A DNA stretch of 64,000 bases from Blastocystis sp. Blastoise (taxonomy: Eukaryota; Protista; Bigyra: Opalinata), in NCBI GenBank assembly GCA_039096225.1, contig JBBPEB010000009.1, positions 1,054,001 to 1,118,000 on the forward strand. The letters are read 5' to 3'. A program made the translations under genes and the position numbers. This document shows, piece after piece, positions 34,158 to 57,306 of the stretch; the stretch's first letter is position 1, and each line of letters starts with the position of its first letter. The notes beneath the pieces were generated by a model. The model saw only the letters and a list, made by a program, of their open reading frames with translations, made no database searches and had not been told where the DNA came from.

Positions 34158-35239
34158 ATACCAACTTCAATAATCATATTACAAGATTCACCATACCAGC
34201 CACTATTACAATAACAGTGAGCATTAGCATTAGATAAATCATAACCACAAGAACCGTGGTTATTACATAAATGATCATTAGCTACTGGGCATTCTATAGA
34301 AAGAAATAGCAATCAATAAAATATAGTTTAGTTTCAAATAATAATAATAATTATAATATAATAATTTTTAATATCAAAATAATATGAATACAATATATAT
34401 ATATATATATATACGAGTAGGACAAGCATAAGTAGATTCAATAGTAAGAGTAGAAGCACAAGTATTAGCATTATCAGAAATAATAGCTTGAGAAGGCATC
34501 TTGAAAGAACTATCAGTACAAATCCAATTGATAACTAAAGAACTAGGAGCAGTAATAGTACAAAGACTATTAATACAACAGAAATCACCATTTTGATAAG
34601 TTAAAACAACACCAGCAGCATAATCTCTTCTATCTATATATATATATAATAATTTATTTCCTATATAAACTAATAATAATAATAATCAAAACTAATCATA
34701 TATAAGCCAATAATGATAATCAAAATTAATCATAAAAATCAATATATACCATAAAGAGAAACTTCAACGTTATCACGATTTTCAACATCAAGAGCAAGTC
34801 TCTTACAACCATCTTGAGAATCAACGGAATAAGCAGGAGAAGGATCACTAGTAGTTTCAATAGTACCATCATATTTCTTAATATGATCAGTAACATCACA
34901 ACCATTACCACCAAAAGCATCACGAGGAGGATGAACAACATTAGCACAAACATTGAAAACAAGACTAGATAAAAATCATGTCATTAAAAAATATTAAAAT
35001 GATAAAATAGATTGATTGTAATGGAATTATCATTGACATTGATGAAAAAATACGTTAAAAAGGAGATATAAAACATACGTTCTATTTTCACTAGCAATGA
35101 CGGCAGTATCTTTGATTCTGTATTCATTAGCACCAGTAAGTTTAGATAAATCATAAGTGACACCGTTTCTATCATAGAGGCAATTAACTGCTTGAGTTAA
35201 AGCAACAAAGAGTACAGAGAGTACAACTAAAGTCTTCAT
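33785..35239 (-). CDS. Type I membrane protein: signal peptide, MRH (M6P-receptor/ATG27-like) domain, EGF domain, TM, short tail
   Basis: Hydrophobic leader, YDLSKL, FNVC, GVVLTY.NGD.C, S.YACP, EGF CNNHGSC..CYCNSGWYG.SC, TM WAILITIFIIPIVII. Confidence 0.8.
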
Positions 35240-35653
35240 TTTATATTCCTTTAAAAAGATAAGAAATAAAGTTAGAATTATAAAAGCAATCTTATAAAAA
35301 AAGAAAAGATGAAATAGCCGTGTAGTGATCTCGGAAATGTTTTTTGAAATTCTTGATATTTATAAGAATTCCGAAATCACTTTCCTTTTTGTTTCTTGCC
35401 ATGAATAGACGCTATTCACGGTTATCTGAAGGATCCATTGCTAATTAACCATTTATTTAGAAATCTATTTTTTATTTTCTACAGTTTTATATATTTCTTT
35501 AAAGAATTCATTTCATTGGATTATTAATTATTTTTAGATATTGATCTATTTATATCATTATTTATATAAGTTTATTGATATATTGATTAATATCTACAAT
35601 ACAAGTTATTTGATGCCTGCTAGAAAATATTTATCAGAAAAAAAACTAGTGAT

Positions 35654-36282
35654 ATGCAACCATTGACCACTACTACGAACAACGAAGAACCTTTACCTCC
35701 TGTTGATACAAAAACACAATGTTTTCCGTAAATTTTGTAATCATTTTTTTTATTGACACGATGAAAAATGTAGTTATTGCGTTGTTTGGTCTCCTCTTCA
35801 CCCTCTAACATGGTTTTTCCCTATGATAGGTCATCTAGGTATTGCAGATGCTGAAGGAAACACTTATGACTTTGGTGGTAGTTATACAATTAATAAAAAC
35901 CAATTATGTTTCGGACATGCTACAAGATATTGGCAATTAAATCCTAAGAAGTGTATGGACTTATCTTGGAATAAGGGAATCAATGTGTCTATAAATGACT
36001 ATTCAAATCAAGTTTATAGTTTTTTGTATGTTATTCTATATTTATATATAATAAATATATATTTTTTTTATTTTTTTTTTTAGCAATAATAACTGTCATG
36101 ATTTCGTAGCAAATTGTTTGAATAATATGTGTTATGATGGAGTATCAAAATGGAATTCATTATATTTAGTTATCAATATGTTAATTCATGGAAAATTCTG
36201 TTGTTTTAGTGATATGCTAATTTCACTTGTACCTTTCTGTTTATTTGTTCTTTTTATTGTTCTTTTTTGTATTTTCATTTAA
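35654..36282 (+). CDS. TMEM222: TMEM222/RTE1 (DUF778) family protein, 3 exons
   Basis: FPYCVVWSPL..LTWFFP.IGHLGI...G..YDFGG.Y, FG..TRYWQL, NNCHDFVA..LN. Confidence 0.9.
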
Positions 36283-36459
36283 ATCATTTATTTTTTTTTT
36301 ATATTGTGTTCATGAGATTATTGTAATATAATGTTATTTTTTTCGTTTTTGTTTTTTGTTTTTTTTTTTAATGCTTTTCTATTTTTAAATATATGATTTT
36401 TTTTTAATTTCATTTTTAAACTAAACCATCTAAGAGTAATTGAATATCAATTTATACTA

Positions 36460-39683
<3,224 letters not shown>

Positions 39684-40346
39684 TTTTCCAGGTATTCATT
39701 AATCTTGTTTATTGTCAACTATAAAGTCATAAAACGATAAGAATCATAAATGTCTTTCTAAAAAAACGTTTTTTAATAATGTCGCTAATTCGTGACTATT
39801 GAGATCTATGAGATGCATTATTATCTGACATCCACAGTTCTTCTTTCAAAAAAGATATTAGTTCTGAATGAAAATAATCTTTTTAAATAATTGATTGCTT
39901 TTTTGTGTAAAAACTTGATATATTATGTTGATTAAAATTGTACTTGAATAGCTCCCGTATTTAACAGCATTTTATAATTGTGTATTTAATAATAAAAGGA
40001 TAAACAAAAAATTATAATAATTCCAGATTTACTTGTTTTTAAAAGTGAAAGTTCACAATTCAAAAGCTAGTAAAGCCTTCATATTGTATAAACAAAAAAA
40101 TCAAATAGCATAAACATAAAAAAGAAAGAAAACAATCAAAAAAATAGAAAAAGATTAAAAAGTATATAACAATAATGATGAGAACATATTGAAATATATA
40201 GGATAAACAAGATTTTTAAAATATATATATATTGAATATTGAATAATTATACTGTAGAGAATAGAATATATATTTAACGTTATATATTCATTTTATATAT
40301 AATTATATATACATAAAGAATTAGCAAGTAATATTAAAAATTATTA

Positions 40347-41356
40347 TTAATATAATTTCTTCATTTTAGAACGATCAAATTCAACCATTTCTTTATTAAT
40401 AGGTTGAATATATATAGTAGGTTTCATATTATTAATACGATTCTTCTCTGTTATCGAAGTTAATTTGTTAGGATCACCCTATATATATATATATAATATT
40501 AAATGTAAATAATTATTTATAGGCATAAAATATATAATTAAATACATAATTGAAAATAGAATTTATTATATATAATCAAATATATAATTGAATATAATTG
40601 AATATATAATTGAATATTGAATTTATTATATATAATTAAATATATAATTGAATATAATAGAATATAATAATATATAACAGTATAATATAGTATAATAGAA
40701 TATAATTGAATATAATAGAATATAATAATATATAACAGTATAATATAGTATAATATAATATATATATATATAATAGAATATAATAATATATAACAGTATA
40801 ATATAGTATAATATTATATATATATATATATAATAGAATATAATATAATATAATATAATATAATATATATATATATATAGTATAATATATATATATATAT
40901 ACCATAGCCCAATTGTATCCGGTCGCATACGCCATGAAATCGCCCTGCGACGAAATGGAGAGAGCGGTGACGGGGTCCTTAGGAGATCCAGAAGAATACC
41001 TATATATATATATAGATATAGATATATATATAGAACAATAAATATATTTATAATATATAATAATTAACATATTTTTATATAAAATAATACATAATATATA
41101 TATATATATATGTACATAATATATATAGAACAATAAATAATAATATAGAACCATAAATAATAATATAGAACAATAAATAATAATATAGACTGTATGTATA
41201 TAAATAATATATATATATACTTATTAGGTGGAGATGTATCAATAATTCGACATATAGGAATTCGGCCATAGCAGTTCCAGGTAGCAATAGAACCATCGCC
41301 TCCCGCGGTTATTAGAGCATTCGTTTGATTATGAATAGCAGAACTATAATAATATA

Positions 41357-41388
<32 letters not shown>

Positions 41389-41533
41389 ATTATTGTTATA
41401 ATCAACTAAAGAAACTCAATAATATATATTTATATATATATACCAAGAATTAGGATAATATTTCTTGTCAATTTTTGATGATTTCCATAAAAAGTTATAT
41501 CTATATATATATAAGTAATAAATAAATAAATAA

Positions 41534-41566
<33 letters not shown>

Positions 41567-41984
41567 CGAAGTATCTTTAGGGAAATAAGCAGCCGATCGT
41601 GACGAGGCGGATCCGATGGTGACGAGCTCTTTGTCAGCACTTATAGAGCAACATGTGAGATATTCATCTAATTTAGGATTTGAAAACTATATTATATATA
41701 CATAATATTATTATTATGAATCTATCAACATTTAAAATAATAACATATAAATAATATAATATATAATAGAAACATATATATATATATATACTTCTTGAGG
41801 TACAGATGGATTTGTCATTTGAAAATAAAACAATTTATTATATATACAAGCTATTAATAGACCATCTCTATATATATATATGCATATAGTAACAATAATA
41901 ATAATATATACATATATAATAATACTAGTATATATATATACGCATAATCTATAGCAGTGATTTTATTTGGACATTGGACGACAA

Positions 41985-42063
<79 letters not shown>

Positions 42064-42993
42064 AAAAAGTGTATAAAAAAGTCACACATATATATAAATA
42101 AAAACCTTTATAAATAGTTAAATAATGAAAATAAATATATAAATAACATAATATATATATACGAATAATTACATATATAAATAAATAAATATAAATAACA
42201 TAATAGATATAAATAAATAATTACATATATAAATAAATAAATATAAATAACATAATATATATATATATACAGCAGGTGTTTTTGTTCTAATATCCCAGTA
42301 TTTAATAGTTTTATCAAAAGAACCAGTACAAATAAATTCAGATCCATTCACATTCACAGAACGAACACAACTTACTATATCATTATGCTATATATATATA
42401 TTATGTATAAAAAAAAATTAAATATATATATATTAAGTATATAAAAAAATTAAATATATATTATGTATAAAAAAATAATTAAATATATATATATATATAT
42501 TATATTCATACAGTACCAATAACATCTAGAGTAGTAGAATTAGCTCCAGCATTCCATAATTTAACTTTTCCATCACCACTTGCAATAAATACAGAGCTTC
42601 CATCCTATATAATAGAAATAGAATTATTATAAAAATAATACAAAAATAATGTTTAAATAAATATATACTTGAGACCATCGAGCATCCATAATAGGATAAG
42701 CATTATTGACAAGCATGACTCCAGAACAACTAGACACCGTACTACCATTACTTTGAAGATTGTAAATACGTGCCTAAATAATAATAGAATATAATTAATT
42801 CTAATGCATAAATCAAATGTATACCTCATTATTCCAAGTAGTAGCAACAAACATGTTGCTTGAAGGACTAAATGAAAGGGCAGATATCGTATCAGTAGGT
42901 GCCTCCTAAATGTTAATCATAATTCTCATACAATATAGGATACAGACATACAGGACAAGTGAATTTTGAGGGTATGTTTACTCTTTTTGACAT
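40347..42993 (-). CDS. RAE1: Rae1/Gle2(-Bub3)-family WD40 protein, 12 exons
   Basis: PTDTISALSFSP, TWNNE.RIY, TGSFDKTIKYWD.R, TAGGDG, AYATGYNW motifs. C-terminal half is divergent. Confidence 0.75.
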
Positions 42994-43443
42994 GTTTGCT
43001 CAAGAAAAGAAATTTATATTTTTATTCACAAAAAAAACGATAAAACCATAGTTTTTTTACTACGAAAAAAGAATACCCAACAAAATAATATATTCCGTCT
43101 TTAGAAATTCAATGAAAACATCACTATTACTCACTAAATCTTCCATCTAATTATGGACTCTTTTTGTATACATAAAAACAAAGAACAACTATATAATTGA
43201 ATTTATTGGAAAGTAGTCCGATCGGCAATGATCATAACATTGCCTTTATATCTATTTGTAAACCCTATTTTCTTATGTCAAACACATTTTGTAACCTATT
43301 TTAAATAAAATCTTCAAAAAATTAATGGTCAACAGTCATTAAAAAAAACCTCAAGTTTTCAGGATTTTTTCAGAAATCAGTCAAAATTTTTATCTGATGC
43401 AACCATATATATTTCTACATAAACTTCGATAAATAAAGAACAA

Positions 43444-44940
43444 ATGAAATCTATATTGTCTAATTTATTTCTCCTTGTATATTATGAACTGTAGTAGATT
43501 GTTTAGTTGTTTAGATTCTCATTCTTGGTGTCTTTGCCGAGAAAACAAAGCCTAAAACTAGAAATGTATTAATGGTGCTGATGTCTTGTAAGAACCACAT
43601 AAAAGAAAGACAATTATTGCGTGATACATGGATATCTGAGTTATCCAACTATACAAATATCCATTATGCTTTTTATGTAATCGATGATCCATTATATTGT
43701 CATCACAACAATCCTGAAGATAATTTATCCACAACACAAGAAGTTTTAGACTATCAATTTAAAGTAATTTTCTTACCATTATTTATTTTAACTAATGATT
43801 TTTTTTATATAGGAAGATGAGACTTTTTATACTGGTTCCTTGAGTAAAACATTTATTTCAAATATGAAAACTGTAAAGTTGATTCTATATAATTGTTACT
43901 TTTATTTTTATTCATTTTTATTTTTATTTTATTTTCATATATATTTTTTTTAATTGATTCATAATTTATAATAGATCTTATCAAATAATCCTGAGAATAA
44001 GTGGATATTTTTATCTTTTGATAATGAATTTATTAAAGTACCTGTCTTTGCAGAACATATTAAAATACTTAATAAACAAGTTGCTATTTATTATAGTGAA
44101 TCAAGGTATATATTTATATTTATATATTATATTATATTATATTATATTATATTATATTATATAATATAATATAATATATATAGAGTTGCTCATAGTGTAG
44201 AGAAACTTCGTCCCATGATGTTCTTCCGTAATTATGCTTATTTCTGTATATATATAATATATATTTATTTTATTCTTTTTTATTATCTTTTTATACCTTT
44301 TTATAGATATATATATATAGATATATTTTTATACTTTTTTTAATATATATTGATTATATATATCATACTAAATATAATACATAAAATACTAAGTTTATTT
44401 CTTTCTTTAGTGAATATACATTATTTTAAAAAGATTTTTAAGAATGAGAAGTCCATGCCTTTAGTAACTGATATATTAGATTTTTATTTAGAAAAAGAGT
44501 ATATTGTAAAAGAAGACAGAGATTTAGATTATCATTGTTATGGTCCAAGTTGGTTTATTACCACTTATGGATATGAACTCAAAGATAATTATGAACAATA
44601 TCAATTATATAAAGAAAATAATGAATATTATTGTACTGATGTTCCATTATATGATCCTGAATTTAATGTTACTGCTGTTATTGAAAATGTTATTAAAATG
44701 GAAAGATTGAGCCATAGTTTTGAAAAACTAGATATTACACAAAATTATATTTCACTTATTTATATTGGTATTATTTCAGTCACTTTTGGTATTTTCTATA
44801 TACTTCGTAAACTGAAATGTTTAAAACCAAATAAAACAAATAAAAAGAATTCAAATTCACAAGTATTACCTGTTCAAAATAATGATAGTTCTATCGCTTC
44901 TATTTATTCACCTCTCCGACCAAAAGAAAGAACTAATTAA
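43444..44940 (+). CDS. Secretory membrane protein with degenerate GT31 (galactosyltransferase)-like domain and C-terminal TM
   Basis: Spliced signal peptide MKSILSNLFLL/ILILGVFA; ER.LLRDTW motif; TM ISLIYIGIISVTFGIFYIL. Confidence 0.55.
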
Positions 44941-45486
44941 TATATTTATATTTAATATATTTATATCATTTTTTTATATACTTTTACTTATATACACATA
45001 ATTTTTATTTCATCATTTGTTATTTGTTTTTTGTTTCTAAAACTATTAATACTTTTATATGATTCTTTATTATTATATATATATTTATATTGAAAACTCC
45101 AATTTCTAGTTTTCTAACTTCATTTATTTTCAGTTATTTTTCATTCATATTAATCTATTAACACTCATTCTATATATATATATATATTAGTCTCGACTAT
45201 AACAATATTATTATTTCTTTAATTTCTTGTTTTATTCAATAGTTTTGTTATTCAATAAGAATCTCTAGTCAAACTAAATATCATCTTTCTTTCACATATA
45301 TTTTTTACTATTTAAAACTATAAATTTAGTTTCAAATAAACAAAAATATCTATAAACTTGTGTTCCAAAAATATTTTTGTAAAATAAACAATCATTTCGT
45401 ATGATTTCCAAAGTATTTACTTATAATTATATATCTCCAATCTAGTAACATTTAACTAGGCTTTTTCAAGATCATTTTCTACAACA

Positions 45487-47413
<1,927 letters not shown>

Positions 47414-47815
47414 TAATTTTTTTAACCTTAGTCAATTGTATCCTATATATATATACTTTTATTCAATGCTTATTAAACATATACAAATCGAACTATAACT
47501 ATGTCTTGTTATATTGCTTATATAAATATTTTTATTTCATTTATTATTTTATAAAACTATTCATATTCATAAATCAATCTTATTATATAATAGTATACAG
47601 AAAATATTTAAATAACAATATTTTTTATTCTAGTTATTCGAAACAAATAAGAATGACTTTATTTATCATTAAAATATATCAATTATATTTAATTGTGAAA
47701 TCTATATATAAACAGTGAACTAAATATATTATTTATTCTAATAATATCATTTTAATATATACTAAAACTTAAACAAAACACAACTGTTAGTAGAATAACT
47801 CTATTATTCATCCAA

Positions 47816-48917
47816 TTATAATTGAGAAATAAGCAATGACGCACCTATTGCTCCATCACATGAAACACAATTCTCCTTTTCAATAAAAAGTGGTAATTTC
47901 AATTGTTTTGATATATACTCTTGTAGATATTGATTATTTGTTAATACACTATATATATGTACATATATAAGAAAGAGTAAGGAATATTGATGAAATATAG
48001 TTTATATAGTGTTTAGAGATTTATATATATTATATATATATATATATTAGAATACCTTCCAGTAATAACTATAGTTGAGAAATGGTGTTGTTGAAGAATA
48101 GTGTTATTACAATAAGAGAATAGATTATCAACTATACCTTTAAGAATACCATTATATCTATATATATAGTCAATAGGCACATATATAGATAATAAATATA
48201 TAATTATTTAAAATATATGTATTAAGAATATTCAATACATATAATGTTAATAATATATATATATAAAACAAGAAGAGATCAATATAAATTGTTATATATA
48301 AACATATTATATTATATTAATATAGAATAAAGAGAAATATATATATACATATGTAAAAATGATGCATTCTTGTCATTTAAGGATAATATTGATATTCCAG
48401 AATTCCTACTCTTAATTTTTTCAATCTCTCTTTCTTTATATAGTAATGGCTTTATCTATAAACATAAGAATGAATAATAATAATTTTTAAAACTATATAT
48501 ATATATATACTGAGGGTGCTTCATCAAAAATAGTTTGATTATTATGTGTTGATATATAATAATATATATCTTTATCATTTATCATAATAGAAGGTATAAT
48601 TGATTGTATATCTTCAATATATTTCTTTATTATCCAAGCAATCACATTCCCGCCATTCATTCCACATATACAATAAATATAACGATTCCCGTGGAAATAT
48701 CGCATTTCTGAAGGAAAGCTAATTGTGTGTCGATATGCGTCATAGACTGATTGTCCAATCAAACAAGAGAGTTGACATGACGTACCAATATTAATATATA
48801 AACATTCCTCTATCTATATATATAATGTTCTTATAATAATATTAACATATATTATTTTCATATGAAGATATATATATATATTATGAGTATAATATCAAAA
48901 ATAGAAAACTCTACTAA

Positions 48918-48968
<51 letters not shown>

Positions 48969-50274
48969 TTCATATGACGTCTCCATGCCCCTCCTTCTAA
49001 ATATGCGAGGGAATCACCAGTAGATATATACATTTGGAGGGAAAGAGGAAGGGAAAGAGACTCAGCGCGGGAAGTCATTATTGTACCTATTAATATATAT
49101 ATATATATAATAAACAATAATTATTTATAAATAAATAAATAAAATAGTTTATAAAAACAATTATTTTATATAATGAATAATAACAATACCAAGAAGTGTT
49201 TTAGTAGGTTGAATTGTTGGGAATATAATCGCGGGGAAAATAGAAGACAAGAGAGAATAGTATTAATATTAACGAATTCATTGTTTATAGTATAATATAG
49301 AAGAAGAAAGATTATAAAAATAAACAAAATGATTTATTATATATATATAATAAATCTTTTAGATCTCCTTGTATTATGAAACTAGAAACATATAATGAAA
49401 AAATATATATTTATATATATATATATATATATGGATATATTCCATTGTTTTTCAACTTGATTATAAAAACCAAAACTTTCAGCATTACAAGGATCCATAT
49501 ATATAATATCTATATATATAATATACATATAGACATACATATATATACCATTATTAATTAAATAATGTTCATAAAATGTCATTATCTATATATAAATAAT
49601 ACTTATAATTATATATATATATTAAAAGTCTTTTAAATACTGTTCCACAATAAATAGGTTCAGAAACATCCAAATAACCGTGGTTTTTTAACCAATATAA
49701 AGAAGCAAATCCATAGCCCGAAAACAATGTATAATGATATTTATCTATAGAAAAATATATTGAATAAATATAAACCAGGAAATAATATTATTAAATGAGA
49801 ACATATATCATTACTATATATTTCATCAAGTAATTCATCTGAGCAACGTTGGTCTTCCCAAGTAATTAAATTAGTAATGCATTTCGGATGAGTTTTTCCA
49901 GTCCAACATAATATTCCATGCATTTGACCACACATACACATCGTATTAACTATAGAGTATGCTTATAGAATGCTTTCATAACTTTTTTTCAAGAAATTCT
50001 TAAAAAAATTATAGAAGAATATGTTTTTAAATATTTAAAAATATGTTATTCTATTGTACATACTCTGGCTAGATATATCTGAGGGTATAGATCGAATCAA
50101 TTCATCTAAAATGGAAACAATCTTATAAGGATCTTGTTCTTTAAAGTCAGGGTTCTCACAGGTAATATAAGCATTTGTTTTAAGTTGATTCGTAAATAAG
50201 ATTTTCTTTTCTATTGTATCAGTGACAGCCACTGAAGCAGATGTTGTTCCAATATCCAGTCCAAGCTGTATCAT
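47816..50274 (-). CDS. SHPK: Sedoheptulokinase (FGGY carbohydrate kinase), contains an AT-AC intron
   Basis: LGLDIGTTS, EQDP, GQMHG, ITWEDQRC, GYG.A, INIGTS.QLS, NGGNV motifs. Confidence 0.82.
49260..49438 (-). other. AT-AC (U12/minor-type) intron, 179 nt
   Basis: 5' end ATATCCAT, branch-like TTCGTTAAT, 3' end TAATAC. Removal gives QWN|YSLLSSIFPAIIFPTI in frame; no usable GT-AG alternative. Confidence 0.8.
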
Positions 50275-50710
50275 TTAAATTCTATAAGAATTCACAGGTT
50301 TTTAATTACACTGAAAATATACTATCTTCAAAAAATGTAATTGACACTTTGAACACAATTTTTAACTGATTTTTACTGAACGGAATACCTTTCATAAAAA
50401 AAGTAAAAATAATAATTAAATACGTGTATTATTTTTCACATCACATATGTTATAATAAGCTATATAAAATCATCTTTTATTATTGTGTGTAGATCATTGA
50501 AAAAGAATTGTATGAATTGGCTTATCCTAATGAGTAAAATGAGTATGTATGTTATTGTAAATTCTTTTAGATATGATTTAGAAACGAAACACTGAATTGA
50601 ATGCATAATGAAAAAATAAAAATATTGAAAAGTTCAAAATAAATATATGAATATAGCAGAAAACTGCTTAACTCATGTGTTTCATACAAATGAAAAAGAA
50701 ATGAATAATT

Positions 50711-51277
50711 TTATTGAGATGCATCTGACAAATAGCGGACTACCTTACATGGATTCCCTTCAGCAATACAATTACTAGGAATGTCTTTACAAACTAGACT
50801 TCCATCTTTAATAATTACATGATTACCAATAGTAACACCAGGACATATGGAAACAGATGCACCAAAAAGACAGTTGTTTCCTATAATAATTTTTTTAGAA
50901 AGACCAAATTTTTTACGGTCTTCTGCATCAATAGGGTGTGTTGCTGTATAGAGACTGCAACGAGGTCCAAATTTACAATTATCACCGATATAGACAGGAC
51001 TAACATCTAAAATGACAGAATCAAAATCCATAGAAACGTTGTTTCCAAGGTGAATATTTGATCCATAATCATAACGTAAAGGAGGTAAGAATTGACAATT
51101 GTCACCTTGATCAGGAATGATTTCATGAAATAAAGACTTGATTCTTTCTTTCTCATCTCCATCAAGATTGTTATATTCTTTAACTAGTTTTCTAACTTGA
51201 GTTTTCAATGCAACTAATTCTGGATCAAAAGCATTATAAGGTTCTCCACGAATCATCTTTTCTTTCTCACTTAGCAT
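50711..51277 (-). CDS. Maltose/galactoside O-acetyltransferase (Mac + hexapeptide LbH), intronless, bacterial-like
   Basis: SEKEKM..GE.Y...DPEL, PP..DYG.NI.LG, ILDV..V.IG, TATHP, PGVTIG, KDIP, GNP.KV. Confidence 0.92.
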   Translation of the reverse strand: MLSEKEKMIRGEPYNAFDPELVALKTQVRKLVKEYNNLDGDEKERIKSLFHEIIPDQGDNCQFLPPLRYDYGSNIHLGNNVSMDFDSVILDVSPVYIGDNCKFGPRCSLYTATHPIDAEDRKKFGLSKKIIIGNNCLFGASVSICPGVTIGNHVIIKDGSLVCKDIPSNCIAEGNPCKVVRYLSDASQ

Positions 51278-51450
51278 TTTGTAATTTTATAACTAATAAA
51301 CAAATATATAGTACAAATAAAAATCTATTTATAAAATAATGAAAAATTGTGTTTGCTGAGAATGTTTTTTGGAAAATGACGGTTAAATATATAGATATTT
51401 CTGTTTATTCACATTTTTTTTCTTTTTCTTTTCATGCTATGTTTTCTTCA

Positions 51451-51540
51451 TGAATATGATGAAGAGGAATCATAATTAAATATCACTGTCTTTCCTGATC
51501 TGCTAAAGACGTGATGAAATATATATTCATATGATATTCA
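51451..51540 (+). ncRNA. Candidate box C/D snoRNA
   Basis: C ATGATGA 51456, D' CTGA 51495, C' GTGATGA 51511, D-like ATGA 51531, with flanking TGAATA/TATTCA stem. Intergenic. Confidence 0.3.
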
Positions 51541-52055
51541 ATGAGGAACTCAATTTAGTTCATAAAATTTCTGAAAATAAAAGTGGGGCATATATTTCTT
51601 ATCTATATAAATTTCTAATTATAATATATTGAATGAGATTACAGAATAAATATTTTATTTTATTTTAAACAGGATTTAAGAAAGAAAATGTAAAATGTTT
51701 TCTTTAAAAAGATAATAATTATTCAGTAGTTTACATAATAGCAGTCAAAAATAGTAATATCAAAGCAATTTAGTACAATCAATATTTGAGAAAACATATC
51801 AAACACAAAAAATAAAAGATTTAAAAAAGTCAAAAATACAAAAAAATATATACAGGAAAAAGAGTAGAAATACTATAGATATTTCGAAAACTATATAATA
51901 GATGAAAACATTTAAAAAGCAATGATATATTTCTTGTATAAGATACATAAATATATAAGAGATCAAATAAAATATATATATATATAATTAATATTTTTTA
52001 AATATTATATATATATAGTTAATAATAGCCTGATATATATGTTTATACATTACTA

Positions 52056-57172
<5,117 letters not shown>

Positions 57173-57306
57173 AATTTTTTTTTATATATTTCTTTATAAC
57201 TTGGATATTTTTATCTATATAAATAGTGTTTTAAGCAAAATATATTATTAAAACGATGAATATAAGTAAACAAAACTTTTGAAAAGTGTAATGTTAAAAA
57301 AATAAT

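Noticed and set aside
35320-35331. U2 snRNA-like GTGTAGT..ATCT, or U3-like boxes
   Set aside because: The U2 5' stem and Sm site and the U3 box A region are absent.
39779-39832. ATGTC...CTGACAT snoRNA-like stretch
   Set aside because: No box C and too short.
43218-43244. CCGATCGG palindrome and GGCAATG/CATTGCC hairpin
   Set aside because: Too short to distinguish from chance or an ordinary promoter element.
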